DNA of 64,000 bases from Candidatus Eiseniibacteriota bacterium (GCA_035716085.1 DASTKC010000169.1:11162-75161), one strand, 5' to 3'; counted from the stretch's first letter, positions 1 to 11,737 are shown. Program-made: numbers and translations. Notes: generated by a model from the sequence alone, not told the origin.

Positions 1-229
1 GAAGAGAAGAATCGCGAGGCCCGGGAACAAGAGAATGGGACGCATGAGCGTCATCTCCGCGACGTGCGCCGGCCCGCGGGGGAGATATCGAATATCTTAC
101 TCCCCTCGTTCGCGGCAAGCCATGCGGAAGCCTTCGTGACCCTCGCGAGGCCCGTCTTGACCCCCGCGCAACTCCCCGCTAAACTCTTACGGTTTCGCTA
201 CTTTCCTCCTGAATTGAGGAGACCCTCCG

Positions 230-1624
230 TTGAGCCTGCGCCCACCGCGCGCCCTCATCGTGGACAAGGACTCGTCCGAGACAGCCGAGCTGAAAGCGTT
301 CCTGTCCGCCAACGACATCGACGTCGAGTGGGCGAAGGACGGGGAGCAGGCGTTCAACATCCTCGATGGCGCCAGCGCCAACGGCTCCGGCGAGACGGCG
401 CCCCCCGGCCCCGAGGTCGTGATCACCGAGCTCAAGGCGCACCGCGTGGACGGCATGCGCCTCCTCGAGGTGGCGAAGAAGCGGAATCCCGAGGTCTGCG
501 TGATCTTCATCGCGGACCAGGGCTCGCTCGAGCTCGCGACCGAAGCGATGCGGCAAGGGGCCTACGACTTCCAGCACCGTCCCCTCAACCGGGACAAGAT
601 GCTCGCCGTCATCCGCCGCGCGCTCTCGCACCAGCAGCTCGTGAGCCGCGCGGAGGACCTCGCCGACCGCCTCGACCGGAGGCTCCGCATCCCGAGCCTC
701 ACGGGGCAGTCGCGCGTGATGGAAGACCTCAAGGACAAGATCCTCCAGATCGCGCCGACGCGCGCCACCGTGCTCATCTACGGTGAGACCGGGACGGGCA
801 AGGAGCTGATCGCACAGGCCATCCACCAGCTCTCGCCCCGGAAGGACGAGCGCTTCGTGAAGCTTCACTGCGCGGAGCTCTCGGCCAACATCATCGAGAG
901 CGAGCTCTTCGGGCACGAGAAGGGGTCGTTCACCGGCGCCGATCAGCAGCGGAAAGGGCGTTTCGAGATCGCGGACCACGGGACGCTCTTCATCGACGAG
1001 ATCTCCGAGATCTCGGCCCCGATCCAGACGAAGCTCCTCCGCGTGCTTCAAGACCGGCAATTCGAGCGCGTCGGCGGGAACGAGACCGTGACCGTGGACG
1101 TGCGCGTGATCGCGGCGACGAACCGCCGGCTCGACCTCATGGCCGCGCGGGGGTTGTTCCGCGAGGACCTCTTCTACCGGCTCAAGGTGATCCAGCTCGA
1201 GGTGCCGCCGCTTCGCGACCGGCGGGAGGACATCCCGCTCCTGATCGAGGCCTTCATCCGGGAGTTCGACAAGGAGCACGGACGCAAGGTCACCGGTGTC
1301 ACCCGCGGGGTGGTGGACCGGATGATGGAGTACGAATGGCCGGGCATCGTGCGCGAGCTCAAGAACACGATCGAAGAGATGGTGATCTTCGCCCAAGGGC
1401 GGAAGCTCCTCGACGTGTCCGATCTCCCGATCACGATCCGCCAGCAGCGCGCCTCCGCGGCGACGGCCATGCCCGTGTCGGTGGGCATGTCGATGAACGA
1501 GATCGAGCGCGCGGCGCTCGAGGCGACGCTCCGCTCCGTGGGCTACGACAAGCAGCGCGCGGCGAAGATCCTCGGGATCGGACTTCGGACCCTCTACCGG
1601 AAGCAGAAGGAGTACGGACTGTGA
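230..1624 (+). CDS. Sigma-54-dependent response regulator (NtrC family): receiver + AAA+ sigma54-interaction + HTH
   Basis: Walker A GETGTGKELIAQAIH, GAFTGA-like ESELFGHEKGSFTGA, C-terminal Fis-type HTH (KQRAAKILGIGLRTLYRK). TTG start with GAGGAG RBS 8 nt upstream. Confidence 0.85.
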   Translation: MSLRPPRALIVDKDSSETAELKAFLSANDIDVEWAKDGEQAFNILDGASANGSGETAPPGPEVVITELKAHRVDGMRLLEVAKKRNPEVCVIFIADQGSLELATEAMRQGAYDFQHRPLNRDKMLAVIRRALSHQQLVSRAEDLADRLDRRLRIPSLTGQSRVMEDLKDKILQIAPTRATVLIYGETGTGKELIAQAIHQLSPRKDERFVKLHCAELSANIIESELFGHEKGSFTGADQQRKGRFEIADHGTLFIDEISEISAPIQTKLLRVLQDRQFERVGGNETVTVDVRVIAATNRRLDLMAARGLFREDLFYRLKVIQLEVPPLRDRREDIPLLIEAFIREFDKEHGRKVTGVTRGVVDRMMEYEWPGIVRELKNTIEEMVIFAQGRKLLDVSDLPITIRQQRASAATAMPVSVGMSMNEIERAALEATLRSVGYDKQRAAKILGIGLRTLYRKQKEYGL

Positions 1625-2085
1625 GCGAGCGGACCGAGACCGCGGCTCCGGCTCTGGGCGGACGCCCGGCCCAGGGCATCTCCGAGGTCATCCTGGTCGT
1701 GAAGGACGTCGCGCGGTCGTTCGCGTTCTATCGCGACGTCGTCGGGCTCGCCGTCGACAACGCCGGCAACGAGAAGTTCGCCTGGCTCTGGGCGGGCCCG
1801 CCGGGGAAGTCGCAACGGATCGGGATCACGACGGGGCCCTTGTCGTTCGGCGCGGCGCACGTGAAAGGGCCGCTCCATTTCGCGTTCGGGACCGAGGACG
1901 AGCGCATCGAGGAGCTCAAGGCCGCGCTCGAGCGCCATGGGCTCGAGGTGGAGGGGCCGGTCTCGTTCCCGTTCTGGGGCGCGCGATCGATCTACTTCAG
2001 CGATCCCGACGGCAATCGCGTCGAGTTCTGCGGCTTCGGCCCGACGCAGGGCACGGGGCGGGTCCACATCAAAGCCAAGCGCTGA
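1621..2085 (+). CDS. VOC/glyoxalase-bleomycin resistance family protein
   Basis: GTG start overlapping the NtrC stop (GTGA). About 150 aa with a VOC-like fold pattern (…VKDVARSFAFYRDVVGL…, …IYFSDPDGNRVEF…). Confidence 0.65.
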   Translation: MSERTETAAPALGGRPAQGISEVILVVKDVARSFAFYRDVVGLAVDNAGNEKFAWLWAGPPGKSQRIGITTGPLSFGAAHVKGPLHFAFGTEDERIEELKAALERHGLEVEGPVSFPFWGARSIYFSDPDGNRVEFCGFGPTQGTGRVHIKAKR

Positions 2086-2118
2086 CCTCCGTCGCGGCAG
2101 ACTCTCTCGTTAGGCTCA

Positions 2119-2793
2119 CTACAACGACGACAAGACTAGGGCGATGAAGATGACCGAGGCCGCCAGCACCACTCCGGTGCCGGCCAACCCCGCCGCCGAC
2201 CCGAGCTGAGCTCCGACATACGACCCGCGCTCCTTCACCTCCCCATGGGTATCCCGTCGCTTGGTCTCGAAGATCTGGTACGCGATGCCGAACGAGGCGG
2301 AGGGATTGACACCGACTCGCAGAATCGGTGCGGGTGTCACCAGCTCCTTGTTGTCCTCCTCATGCCCGAACAGGATCAGGCCCGGCGCCAGGTCCACGCT
2401 CGCGCTCTTGCCGAGCCAGTATCGAAGCCTGCCACGCAAACCGAAGTGCGTTCTGTCGGAGCCGTCCCCTCCCGCGAACAGGGAGCCGCCGATCGAGATG
2501 CGGCTCGTGACGTTGTGCGCCGCTCCCCCGTCGAAGGAGAGGTAGTAGCGCTCCTCGGACGCGTGACGCTCATCCTCGTTCAGCCGGCGGAGCACCGTCA
2601 GCTCGGTGACTCCGAACGTGCCGCAGTGCGCCCGGGGTCCAGCGTGCCAGGAGAACGACTTCCTTGGCGGCGCGTCCCCCTCCGCCAGGTCGAGCACAGC
2701 ACCGCACCCCGCAGCGGAGGCGACACCGGCGGCCAGCGTGAGCCCTCGAAGGGTTCGAAGGCCGGCACGAATCAAGGCGACGTTGGCGCTCAT
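2119..2793 (-). CDS. Hypothetical lipoprotein with C-terminal hydrophobic anchor
   Basis: Signal peptide with lipobox-like AAGC after internal Met (MSANVALIRAG…AGCG). C-terminal TM segment. No recognisable family. Confidence 0.4.
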   Translation of the reverse strand: MSANVALIRAGLRTLRGLTLAAGVASAAGCGAVLDLAEGDAPPRKSFSWHAGPRAHCGTFGVTELTVLRRLNEDERHASEERYYLSFDGGAAHNVTSRISIGGSLFAGGDGSDRTHFGLRGRLRYWLGKSASVDLAPGLILFGHEEDNKELVTPAPILRVGVNPSASFGIAYQIFETKRRDTHGEVKERGSYVGAQLGSAAGLAGTGVVLAASVIFIALVLSSL

Positions 2794-2833
2794 GCCCACT
2801 CCAACGCCACCGGTCATCAAAAACGCACGCCGC

Positions 2834-5170
2834 CTACCGCGCCGCCCGCAGCTCCCCGGCGATCCGCGCGATCTCCTGGTTGATCCTCGCCGCCTCGGCA
2901 GGATCCCGAGCCAGGCGCGCCGCCTCCTGGAGCGCCGCGATCCCCTCCGCCGGCTTGTGCATCCCGTTGATCAGGATCAGCGCCGCCTCGCGCGCCGCGG
3001 CGAAGCGGTCCGGATGGTCTTCGGGAATCTGGCCGAGTACTTGAAGCGCCTCGTCGAATCGCTCCAGCTCCGCGAGCACCGAGCCCATGCGGATCAGCGC
3101 GCGCGCGTCGTGAGAGATCTCGTAGCACCTCCGGTATTCGGCGAGCGCCTCGTTCGGCTTGCCGAGCGCCTGGAGCGCGATGCCGTGATAGAGGTGGATG
3201 ACGCCGTCGTTGGGTGAGCGCTCCACGCCGAGCGCGGCCACGCGCTCCGCCTCTCCGTACTTCTCGAGCTGGAGCTTGGCGTAGGCGAGCGTGTTGAGGA
3301 GCCGGGGCGTCATCTGCGCGGCGCGCACCTGGAGTCCTCGATCAGCCCATTCCTCCGCGCGGTCGTCCTGGTTCAGCCGGCCGAAGAGCACCGCGTAATC
3401 GGCGCACCAGAGCCCGACGCGGGTCACCGCGGTGGGCGCGGGCATCGCGGCCCGGAACACGCTGTCCCGCTCGGCTCGCGTGCTCACCTTGGGCGGGACG
3501 CGGCGCACCTCGATGATCGGACCGGACATCGTCCTGGGGTCCGCCTTCCAGACGACCGGCGCGTTCGCGTGAATCCAGCGGTAGTACGCCGACTCGACCG
3601 GATACGCGAGGGAGTCGACCGCGAAGCGGTGCGACACCTCCTGCGACGTGACGTAGTACTCGAGTCCGTCCAGGAATTCACGGTGGTAGGCCGGGCGCAC
3701 GAGGGGCGCGCGCGTCGCGAAGAAGGGCCAGATCACGATCGACCGCTCGTCGGCGCGGAACACCGGCCCGTACAGCTCGACCCCCATCGGGGCGGTGGCC
3801 GGGATGTTCTCGAGGATCCATCGCCGCACGACGTGCCGCGTATCGGGAAGCGCGAGCGCGCGCCGGAGCCCGACGTACTCGGGGAGCGGCCACGCGACCG
3901 CGGTCAGGGCGAGGAGGGCCGGCGCGAGCACGACCGCGCGGCGTCCTGCCTCCCGGGCCATGAGCCAGCGCCCCGCTTCGATCACGGCGAGCGCGGCCGC
4001 GATGAAGAGCACCGGCATCGCGACCAGCATGTACCGCTCCTGCGCCGCCTTGAGCACGCCGTTCGCGAGCACCATCACCGCTGGGATCAAAGCGATGGCC
4101 TGCGCCGCCCGTCCGCGGCGCCAGAGGTAGCCGCTCCCCGCGATCCCGAGCAGGTAGGCCGCCCACCCCATCGCGTGCGGCAGCGACACGGTGATGTACG
4201 TGGGGAGCGAGAACGGAAACGTGGTCTGCCCGACCCAATCCGAGAAGAGCGCGCTCCGCTGCGTGCCGATGTCGCGGAGGGTCGTCTTCCAGTCGATGAA
4301 CGTGAACGGAGTCGCCACGACGAGCGCGGCGAAGACCGCCAGGAGCGCCAGCCCGTACCCGCGGCTCCGCCAGAAGTCCCGTCCGTACGCCACCGCCAGC
4401 GGAATCACGAGGATCAACGGCACGTACTTGCATGCGCCCGCGAAGCCGATCATCGCGCCGGCGATGATGGCGTCCCGCTCGGAGCCCGTTTCGGCGAGGC
4501 GAGTCATCGCGATGGCGGCGAGGAGGACGAAGAGGAGCGCCAGGAGATTGGGGTCGGCGACGTGCTGCGACGTCTGGATGTGGAGCGGGTTGAGCGCGAG
4601 GAGGAGTCCGCCCAGGAGCCCCACCTCGCGTCCGGCCAGCCGCTGGCCGAGCCGGAACGTAAGGAACACCGTGACCGCTCCCACGAGCACGCCCGCGAGG
4701 CGCGCGAGCAGGAAGCACTGATCCACGTGCTCCGTGAAGAACTCGACGAAGTCCCTCGCGCTGCCGTCCGGATGCGACAGGCCCCACCACGCCTTGAACG
4801 CGATCTGGCAGACGAGCGCGAAGTAGAAGCTGAAGGCGGGCCAGCCGCCGGTGTGCGGGTTGAGGTCCCAGTGCCGGAGGCCGCCGCTCCACATGACCCA
4901 GGCCCGGCCCATCGTCGTGCGGTCGGTCTCCTCGACCACGGAGTCGTCGAGGACGTTGATCTTGAGGGTCGGGTCGGGCAGACGGTCGGCGACCCCCCAG
5001 AGCCGGATCGCGATCGAGAGCGCCACGAGCAGGAGCGCCAGCCGGTCCGCCTTCCGCAGGCGATCCATCCAGGACGGGCCCTTGGCCTTGGGCGGAGCGG
5101 GGTGAGGCGCCTTAGCTCCGCGCGCGCCTCTAGCTTGCAGCCGGTTCTTCTGTCGCGAGCCACCTGCCAT
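2834..5170 (-). CDS. Glycosyltransferase family 39/83 (ArnT/PMT-like) membrane protein with C-terminal TPR repeats
   Basis: Multi-TM N-terminal region typical of the ArnT/PMT_2 family. C-terminal TPR motifs (…AYAKLQLEKYGEAERVAA…, ALQALGKPNEALAEYRRCYEI…). Confidence 0.75.
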   Translation of the reverse strand: MAGGSRQKNRLQARGARGAKAPHPAPPKAKGPSWMDRLRKADRLALLLVALSIAIRLWGVADRLPDPTLKINVLDDSVVEETDRTTMGRAWVMWSGGLRHWDLNPHTGGWPAFSFYFALVCQIAFKAWWGLSHPDGSARDFVEFFTEHVDQCFLLARLAGVLVGAVTVFLTFRLGQRLAGREVGLLGGLLLALNPLHIQTSQHVADPNLLALLFVLLAAIAMTRLAETGSERDAIIAGAMIGFAGACKYVPLILVIPLAVAYGRDFWRSRGYGLALLAVFAALVVATPFTFIDWKTTLRDIGTQRSALFSDWVGQTTFPFSLPTYITVSLPHAMGWAAYLLGIAGSGYLWRRGRAAQAIALIPAVMVLANGVLKAAQERYMLVAMPVLFIAAALAVIEAGRWLMAREAGRRAVVLAPALLALTAVAWPLPEYVGLRRALALPDTRHVVRRWILENIPATAPMGVELYGPVFRADERSIVIWPFFATRAPLVRPAYHREFLDGLEYYVTSQEVSHRFAVDSLAYPVESAYYRWIHANAPVVWKADPRTMSGPIIEVRRVPPKVSTRAERDSVFRAAMPAPTAVTRVGLWCADYAVLFGRLNQDDRAEEWADRGLQVRAAQMTPRLLNTLAYAKLQLEKYGEAERVAALGVERSPNDGVIHLYHGIALQALGKPNEALAEYRRCYEISHDARALIRMGSVLAELERFDEALQVLGQIPEDHPDRFAAAREAALILINGMHKPAEGIAALQEAARLARDPAEAARINQEIARIAGELRAAR

Positions 5171-5268
5171 ATGGGCAATCTCCTCGACCGACCGGGATCG
5201 CGCCGCGGGGGCGCGCCGAAGGCCGGGTCAGTCTATGTGGATGCCTGCCAAGGGGCTAGTCCCGAAAG

Positions 5269-5295
5269 TTAGCACTCCGGCATGGGGATTGCGCA
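5269..5295 (+). promoter_or_regulatory. Degenerate CIRCE-like inverted repeat upstream of groES
   Basis: TTAGCACTC-N9-GATTGCGCA versus consensus TTAGCACTC-N9-GAGTGCTAA. Left arm is perfect, right arm matches 6 of 9 positions. Confidence 0.3.
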
Positions 5296-5376
5296 TCTAA
5301 GGCTCACGGGAAGGGGCAGAGGCTCCTCCTTTGCCCATTTGTCACCCAACCACAATCCACAAGGAGTACTCGAATC

Positions 5377-5664
5377 ATGAATGTGAAGCCGCTCGCTGAC
5401 CGTATTCTCGTCCGCCGTCTCGAGGACACCGAGGTGAAGCGCGGTGGGATCATCATTCCCGACACCGCCAAGGAGAAGCCCCAGCAGGCCGAGGTCGTGG
5501 CCGTCGGCCCGGGCCGCATCACCGACGACGGCAAGCGCGTCGCCCTCGAGGTGAAGACGGGCGACAAGATCCTCATGGGCAAGTACTCGGGCACCGAGGT
5601 CAAGATCGACGGCAACGAGTACCTCATCATGCGCGAGGACGACGTCCTCGCGATCGTCGGCTAA
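5377..5664 (+). CDS. groES: Co-chaperonin GroES
   Basis: 95 aa, [46 protein letters not shown]… AAGGAG RBS 10 nt upstream. Confidence 0.95.
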   Translation: MNVKPLADRILVRRLEDTEVKRGGIIIPDTAKEKPQQAEVVAVGPGRITDDGKRVALEVKTGDKILMGKYSGTEVKIDGNEYLIMREDDVLAIVG

Positions 5665-7341
<1,677 letters not shown>

Positions 7342-7415
7342 AACTTCCCACGGCCGGCCTCGGCCGGGCGCGTCCGCTATGGAAGGCTAGCGCGCTGAAG
7401 AGGTGATGAACGGAA

Positions 7416-7452
7416 GGGGGTGGAGCGAAAGCTCCACCCCGTTTCTATTTCT
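7416..7452 (+). terminator. Rho-independent terminator downstream of groEL
   Basis: Stem GGGGTGGAGC / GCTCCACCCC with GAAA loop, followed by GTTTCTATTTCT. Confidence 0.6.
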
Positions 7453-7544
7453 GGTATCGCCCGTTCGCTTTGGACTCCACGATGCGTTGTTCCCCAAGCA
7501 AGGAGATAGCTTCCCCGCAAACCGTCCGGAGGGAGAGGCGACCG

Positions 7545-8279
7545 ATGAACGCATGGCGCGGCGTGCTCCGATCTGCCGTCGTGGGTCTGGCATTCCTGTT
7601 CACCGGGGGATGCGGGCCGAGGGTGGACTTCCTCCACAGGGAGCCCGATTTCGGGTACCCCACCCTCAAGCAAGGAGGGATCGCCGCACTCGGGGGGGTC
7701 ACCACCCAGGGGAGCCCTGAGGGCCGGCGCTCGCTCCGCGAGCCTCTATCCCAGGGTCTGGAAACCGCTCTCCGGGGGGAGCGCCGCGACCTGACGGTGC
7801 TCGGGGTCGACCAGGTTCTCTGGGAGATCGGGGATGGCTTCCGCGAGGACCTGCTCGATGCCTTCGATCGAGACGGCGGGCTGGAACAGGAGGACCTGGC
7901 GCTTCTGGACAGCCTGGTGGGGGACCAGGCCCGGTACGTCGCGCTCGCCAGGGTCGAGGACCAGTGGATCACCCGGGACGAGGCGGAAGACGAATCCGAG
8001 CCCAACGAGACCAAGACCACCGTGACGGTTTCGCTCACGATTCGCGTCGCGTTCGTGGTCTACGACCTTCAGGCCGGTCGCTCGGTCTGGAGCGCGACCC
8101 TAACGGGCTCCGACAAGAACTCCTCGACCTTCACCGATAAGGAGCAGGGTTTCTGGGCAACCCTCGCGAGCGCGGTCCTGGGCCTCGATGATCACGACGA
8201 CCCGTCGGCTCCCAACGCGGCCGGCACCCTCCGGAAGATCTTCTCCAAGTTCGCCAAGGAGCTGCCGAGCGACGACTAG
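7545..8279 (+). CDS. Hypothetical acidic lipoprotein
   Basis: GGAGGGAGAGG RBS then ATG. Signal peptide MNAWRGVLRSAVVGLAFLFTGGC (lipobox). Acidic Asp/Glu-rich body. No family recognised. Confidence 0.5.
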   Translation: MNAWRGVLRSAVVGLAFLFTGGCGPRVDFLHREPDFGYPTLKQGGIAALGGVTTQGSPEGRRSLREPLSQGLETALRGERRDLTVLGVDQVLWEIGDGFREDLLDAFDRDGGLEQEDLALLDSLVGDQARYVALARVEDQWITRDEAEDESEPNETKTTVTVSLTIRVAFVVYDLQAGRSVWSATLTGSDKNSSTFTDKEQGFWATLASAVLGLDDHDDPSAPNAAGTLRKIFSKFAKELPSDD

Positions 8280-8485
8280 CCGCTCCGCACCCGTCCTCGT
8301 TCTGCCCCGATGGCTCGACCGAGCCACGACACGTCGCGAGATCACCCTACGCGGCGGCCCCGAAATCGCGATCTCACCCACTCGTGCGGCAGGCTGCTTC
8401 GAGCCATTGCAAGACATTGCCGCACAGCCACTTCGTAAGAGTTCGACCATGATCCCGTGGTCGATTCCTTGCATTCGACTCAGGC

Positions 8486-10879
8486 ATGATTCGCCGGGTG
8501 CTTCCGCTCCTGATCGCGTGCTCCATCGGTGTGCCCTCGGGTCGCGCCGCGGCTCAGATGGTCCGAGCCGATTTTCCGGTGACGGACGGCCCTGTCTACG
8601 TCACGGCGCTCTCGGGAAACACGCTCTACCTGGCCGGCGCGTTCACGCGCGTCGGGACGGCGCTCGGCAGCGCAGTCCCGGTCGATTCCGGCAGCGGCGC
8701 GGCGCTCCCCAACTTCCCCAAGTTCGACGGACCGGTGCACGCCATCCTCGCGGACGGCGCGGGCGGGTGGTACGTCGGCGGCGAGTTCACCAAGGCCGGC
8801 GGCGTGTCGCGCGCCAACCTGGCGCGCGTACTCTCGAACCTCACGGTCGCGTCCTGGAATCCGGGAGCCGATGGTGCTGTTCGCGCGCTCGCGCTGAGCG
8901 GCACCACGGTGTATGTCGGCGGTGACTTCTCCAACGTGGCGGGCCAGGGTCGAAGCCGGATCGCCGCGGTGGATGCATCCACGGGAGCCTTGAGCAGCTG
9001 GAATCCGAGCGCCATCGGCACGGCGGTCCGGACGCTCGCGGTGAGCGGCGCGACGGTCTATGCCGGCGGCGATTTCAGCACTATCGGTGGGCAGTCGCGC
9101 GCCAACATCGCGGCGCTGAGCACCGCCACCGGTCTGGCCATGGCGTGGAATCCCAGCGCGAGCACCGTCGTGGACGTCATCGTCGTGAACGGCCCCACGG
9201 TCTATGCCGGGGGTCTCTTCACGACCATCGGCGGACAGACGCGGCGTCGCATCGCCGCGCTCAACGCCTCGGACGGGCTGGCCACGAGCTGGAACCCCAA
9301 CGTGACGATCGGCGAGGTTTGCGCGATCGCGGTGAGCGGCTCCACGGTCTACGCGGGTGGGAGCTTCAGCACGATCGGCGGGCAATCGCGCCAGAACCTG
9401 GCGGCGCTGAACGCGTCCGACGGCCTCGCGACGTCGCTGATCGCCACGACGAACGGCATCGTTCGCGTGCTTCAGATCCAAGGCCCGAAGCTCTTCGTGG
9501 GCGGGGAGTTCAACTCGTTCCGCTCGGAGGAGCGGCGATACCTGGCGGCTCTCGACACGGGCACGGGTCTGACGTTGCCGTGGAATCCGGCAGCGAACAA
9601 TCCCGTGCACGCGATCGCGGTGAATGGAGCCTCCGTGTGCGTCGGCGGACTCTTCACGACGCTCGGGGGCCAGATCCGAAATCGCCTGGCCGCGGTCGAC
9701 GCCGGCACCGGAGCCTTGCTGCCGTGGAATCCCGACAGCGACTCGGAGGTCTACGCTCTTGTCGTGAGCGGAGGCACGGTCTACGTCGGAGGCTACTTCG
9801 CATCGATCGGCGGTCAGCTCCGAAGCTTCATCGCGGCCGTCGATGCGGTCACCGGCGTGCCGACCGCGTGGGACCCGAACTCGAACGGGCAGATTCTCAG
9901 CCTGGCCGTCGCGAACGGCGTGGTCTACGTCGGCGGCAGCTACACGTCGATCGGAGGCGCCGCGCGCAATTCCCTGGCGGCGCTCGACCCCGCCACGGGC
10001 CTCGCCACGGCCTGGAATCCCGGCGCCAACGATTGGGTGATGTCGCTCCTTCCGGGAACGGGCGTCATCTATGCCGGCGGTTATTTCACGTCGATCGGAG
10101 GGCAGTCTCGCTCCTACATCGCGGCCCTGAGCACCTCGACCGGCCTGGCGACGAGCTGGAATCCAGCGGCAAGCGCCCATGTGGAAGCGCTCGCCATGGG
10201 CACCTCGGTCGTCTACGCCGGGGGAGCCTTCACGACGATCGGAGGACAGCCGCGGAACCGGCTGGCCGCGGTCGCGACGGGGACGGGACTCGCCACCTCC
10301 TGGAATCCCAATGCGGACGACATCGTCTACTCCATGGCCGTCAACGGGAGCACGATGTACGTGGGCGGGAGCTTCACGACCATGGGAGTGTCCGGGCGAA
10401 GCCGCGTGGCGGCCGTCGATATCGCGAGCGGTGCCACGACCTCGTGGAATCCCTCGGCGGACGGCCCGGTGTACTCGATCGCCGCCACGGGCAGCCGGGT
10501 CTACCTGGGCGGTGAGTTCCTCGAAGTCGGAGGACTGCCGCAGAGCGGCGTCGCGAGCATCTTCCCGAACATCACCGCCGTCATCGAAGCCCCGAGCGCC
10601 GTCGAGACCGTGCTCGGTCCGCCTTCACCGAACCCGTTCGTCCAATCGACCTCGATTCGGCTCTCGCTCCAGAAGGATGCGGTCGTCACACTCCGCGTCT
10701 TCGACGTCCACGGCCGGCAGGTCGCCGTGCTGGCCGACGGCAGCTACCCCGCTGGGACGCATGTGTTTGGGTGGGACGGGAGGACCCGGGCCGGCCAGGC
10801 TGCGATGAGCGGCGTCTACTTCTGCGAGCTCAGGACCGCGACCGCTTCCCTCAAGCGAAAGCTCGTCCTCGTTCGCTAG
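8486..10879 (+). CDS. Large secreted repeat protein (about 15 tandem ~47-aa beta-propeller-like repeats) with FlgD-Ig/T9SS-type C-terminal domain
   Basis: Signal peptide. Repeat unit tVYaGGxFttIGGqsRxxIAAldasTGlatsWNP recurs across about 1.9 kb. C-terminus …PNPF…RVFDVHGRQVAVL…SGVYFCEL…KLVLVR matches the T9SS/FlgD-Ig sorting-domain pattern. Confidence 0.7.
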   Translation: MIRRVLPLLIACSIGVPSGRAAAQMVRADFPVTDGPVYVTALSGNTLYLAGAFTRVGTALGSAVPVDSGSGAALPNFPKFDGPVHAILADGAGGWYVGGEFTKAGGVSRANLARVLSNLTVASWNPGADGAVRALALSGTTVYVGGDFSNVAGQGRSRIAAVDASTGALSSWNPSAIGTAVRTLAVSGATVYAGGDFSTIGGQSRANIAALSTATGLAMAWNPSASTVVDVIVVNGPTVYAGGLFTTIGGQTRRRIAALNASDGLATSWNPNVTIGEVCAIAVSGSTVYAGGSFSTIGGQSRQNLAALNASDGLATSLIATTNGIVRVLQIQGPKLFVGGEFNSFRSEERRYLAALDTGTGLTLPWNPAANNPVHAIAVNGASVCVGGLFTTLGGQIRNRLAAVDAGTGALLPWNPDSDSEVYALVVSGGTVYVGGYFASIGGQLRSFIAAVDAVTGVPTAWDPNSNGQILSLAVANGVVYVGGSYTSIGGAARNSLAALDPATGLATAWNPGANDWVMSLLPGTGVIYAGGYFTSIGGQSRSYIAALSTSTGLATSWNPAASAHVEALAMGTSVVYAGGAFTTIGGQPRNRLAAVATGTGLATSWNPNADDIVYSMAVNGSTMYVGGSFTTMGVSGRSRVAAVDIASGATTSWNPSADGPVYSIAATGSRVYLGGEFLEVGGLPQSGVASIFPNITAVIEAPSAVETVLGPPSPNPFVQSTSIRLSLQKDAVVTLRVFDVHGRQVAVLADGSYPAGTHVFGWDGRTRAGQAAMSGVYFCELRTATASLKRKLVLVR

Positions 10880-10885
10880 CGCGGC

Positions 10886-11372
10886 TCAAGGCGTTCGTAA
10901 GATTGTCGAGTCCGCGATCGCGACGAGCCTGTGGATGCGCCAGGACTTGTCGGACGCCTGCTCCGCCAGCAGCGTGTACCGCCCCGACTCCACCTTCGGT
11001 TTCCCCTCCTCCGTGAATTCCTCCTGGAACGTCCCGCTCTGCGCCGCGAGCCCGCCCACGACCTTCATGTCCTCCGGCACCACGCGGAAATTCGTCACGT
11101 CGACGCTCGCGTAGAGGGACGAGAGGAACTCCTGAACGGCCTGGCGGCCGTTGGCGGTGGCCGCGTTCGAGTAAACGACCGAGGCGTCCTCGGTGAAGAT
11201 GCTCTCGAACAGGATCGGGTCGCGCCGGTCCGCCGCTTCGGCGTAGTGGATCCAGAGCGTGTCGATGGCGGCCTTGGCGTTGGCCGCCTGGGAGGCGGTA
11301 TCGAGGTCGGATGTGGCGGAGCACGAAGCCAGGGCGACGAGCAGAGCAACCAGGCCGAGCAGGGTCCGCATA
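10886..11372 (-). CDS. Lipoprotein with NTF2/SnoaL-like (DUF4440-type) domain
   Basis: GGAGGAG RBS. Signal peptide MRTLLGLVALLVALASCSA. About 140-aa alpha+beta domain resembling SnoaL-like proteins (weak, by eye). Confidence 0.45.
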
Positions 11373-11407
11373 GCTCCTCCGTGGAGACGTCGGGTCGAGC
11401 GGCTCCC

Positions 11408-11448
11408 AGGATAACAAAAGGGCCCGGCGCGTGTTGCGCGCCGGGCCC
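11408..11448 (-). terminator. Strong rho-independent terminator (minus strand)
   Basis: Minus-strand read: GGGCCCGGCGCGC aaca GCGCGCCGGGCCC followed by TTTTGTTAT. 12-bp GC stem. Confidence 0.65.
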
Positions 11449-11720
11449 GGTAGGGACCCCCACGTCCCCTTACCCCCCACTGCGTACGGCGTCCCGTCGC
11501 TCCGACCGCCTGCACGCAGGCGCTTTCGCTCGGGGACGCGCGTCGGCCTGACCCCCGTGCAGGCACGACGTCGAAATCGGCGAAGGGGGGACGAGAGCGT
11601 TGCTCACCGATGAGCGCCCCCACGGCGTCCACGTCGGTCCGGCCGCTCACCGGCAGCGCACCGGATCGTCCCCCCTACCCGACTTCGATCGGTTGCGGTC
11701 TCATCGACGCCCGCCCGTCT

Positions 11721-11737
11721 TGGCACCAGCCGTGCCA
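11721..11737. promoter_or_regulatory. Perfect 6-5-6 palindrome TGGCAC-cagcc-GTGCCA in ORF-free region
   Basis: Read directly. Left half equals the sigma-54 -24 element, but the symmetry argues for a dimeric-regulator operator. Confidence 0.35.

Noticed and set aside
8620-10520. Periodic about 141-bp repeats that might look like a repeat array or CRISPR at the DNA level.
   Set aside because: The repeats are in-frame and diverged. They encode the blades of one long secreted protein, with no spacer/repeat alternation and no cas genes.
11721-11737. TGGCAC…GC spacing resembling a sigma-54 -24/-12 promoter, given the NtrC-type activator at 230-1624.
   Set aside because: The element is a perfect palindrome (TGGCAC-N5-GTGCCA), better explained as an operator. 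A rightward transcript from it would only be antisense to the HDAC-like gene.
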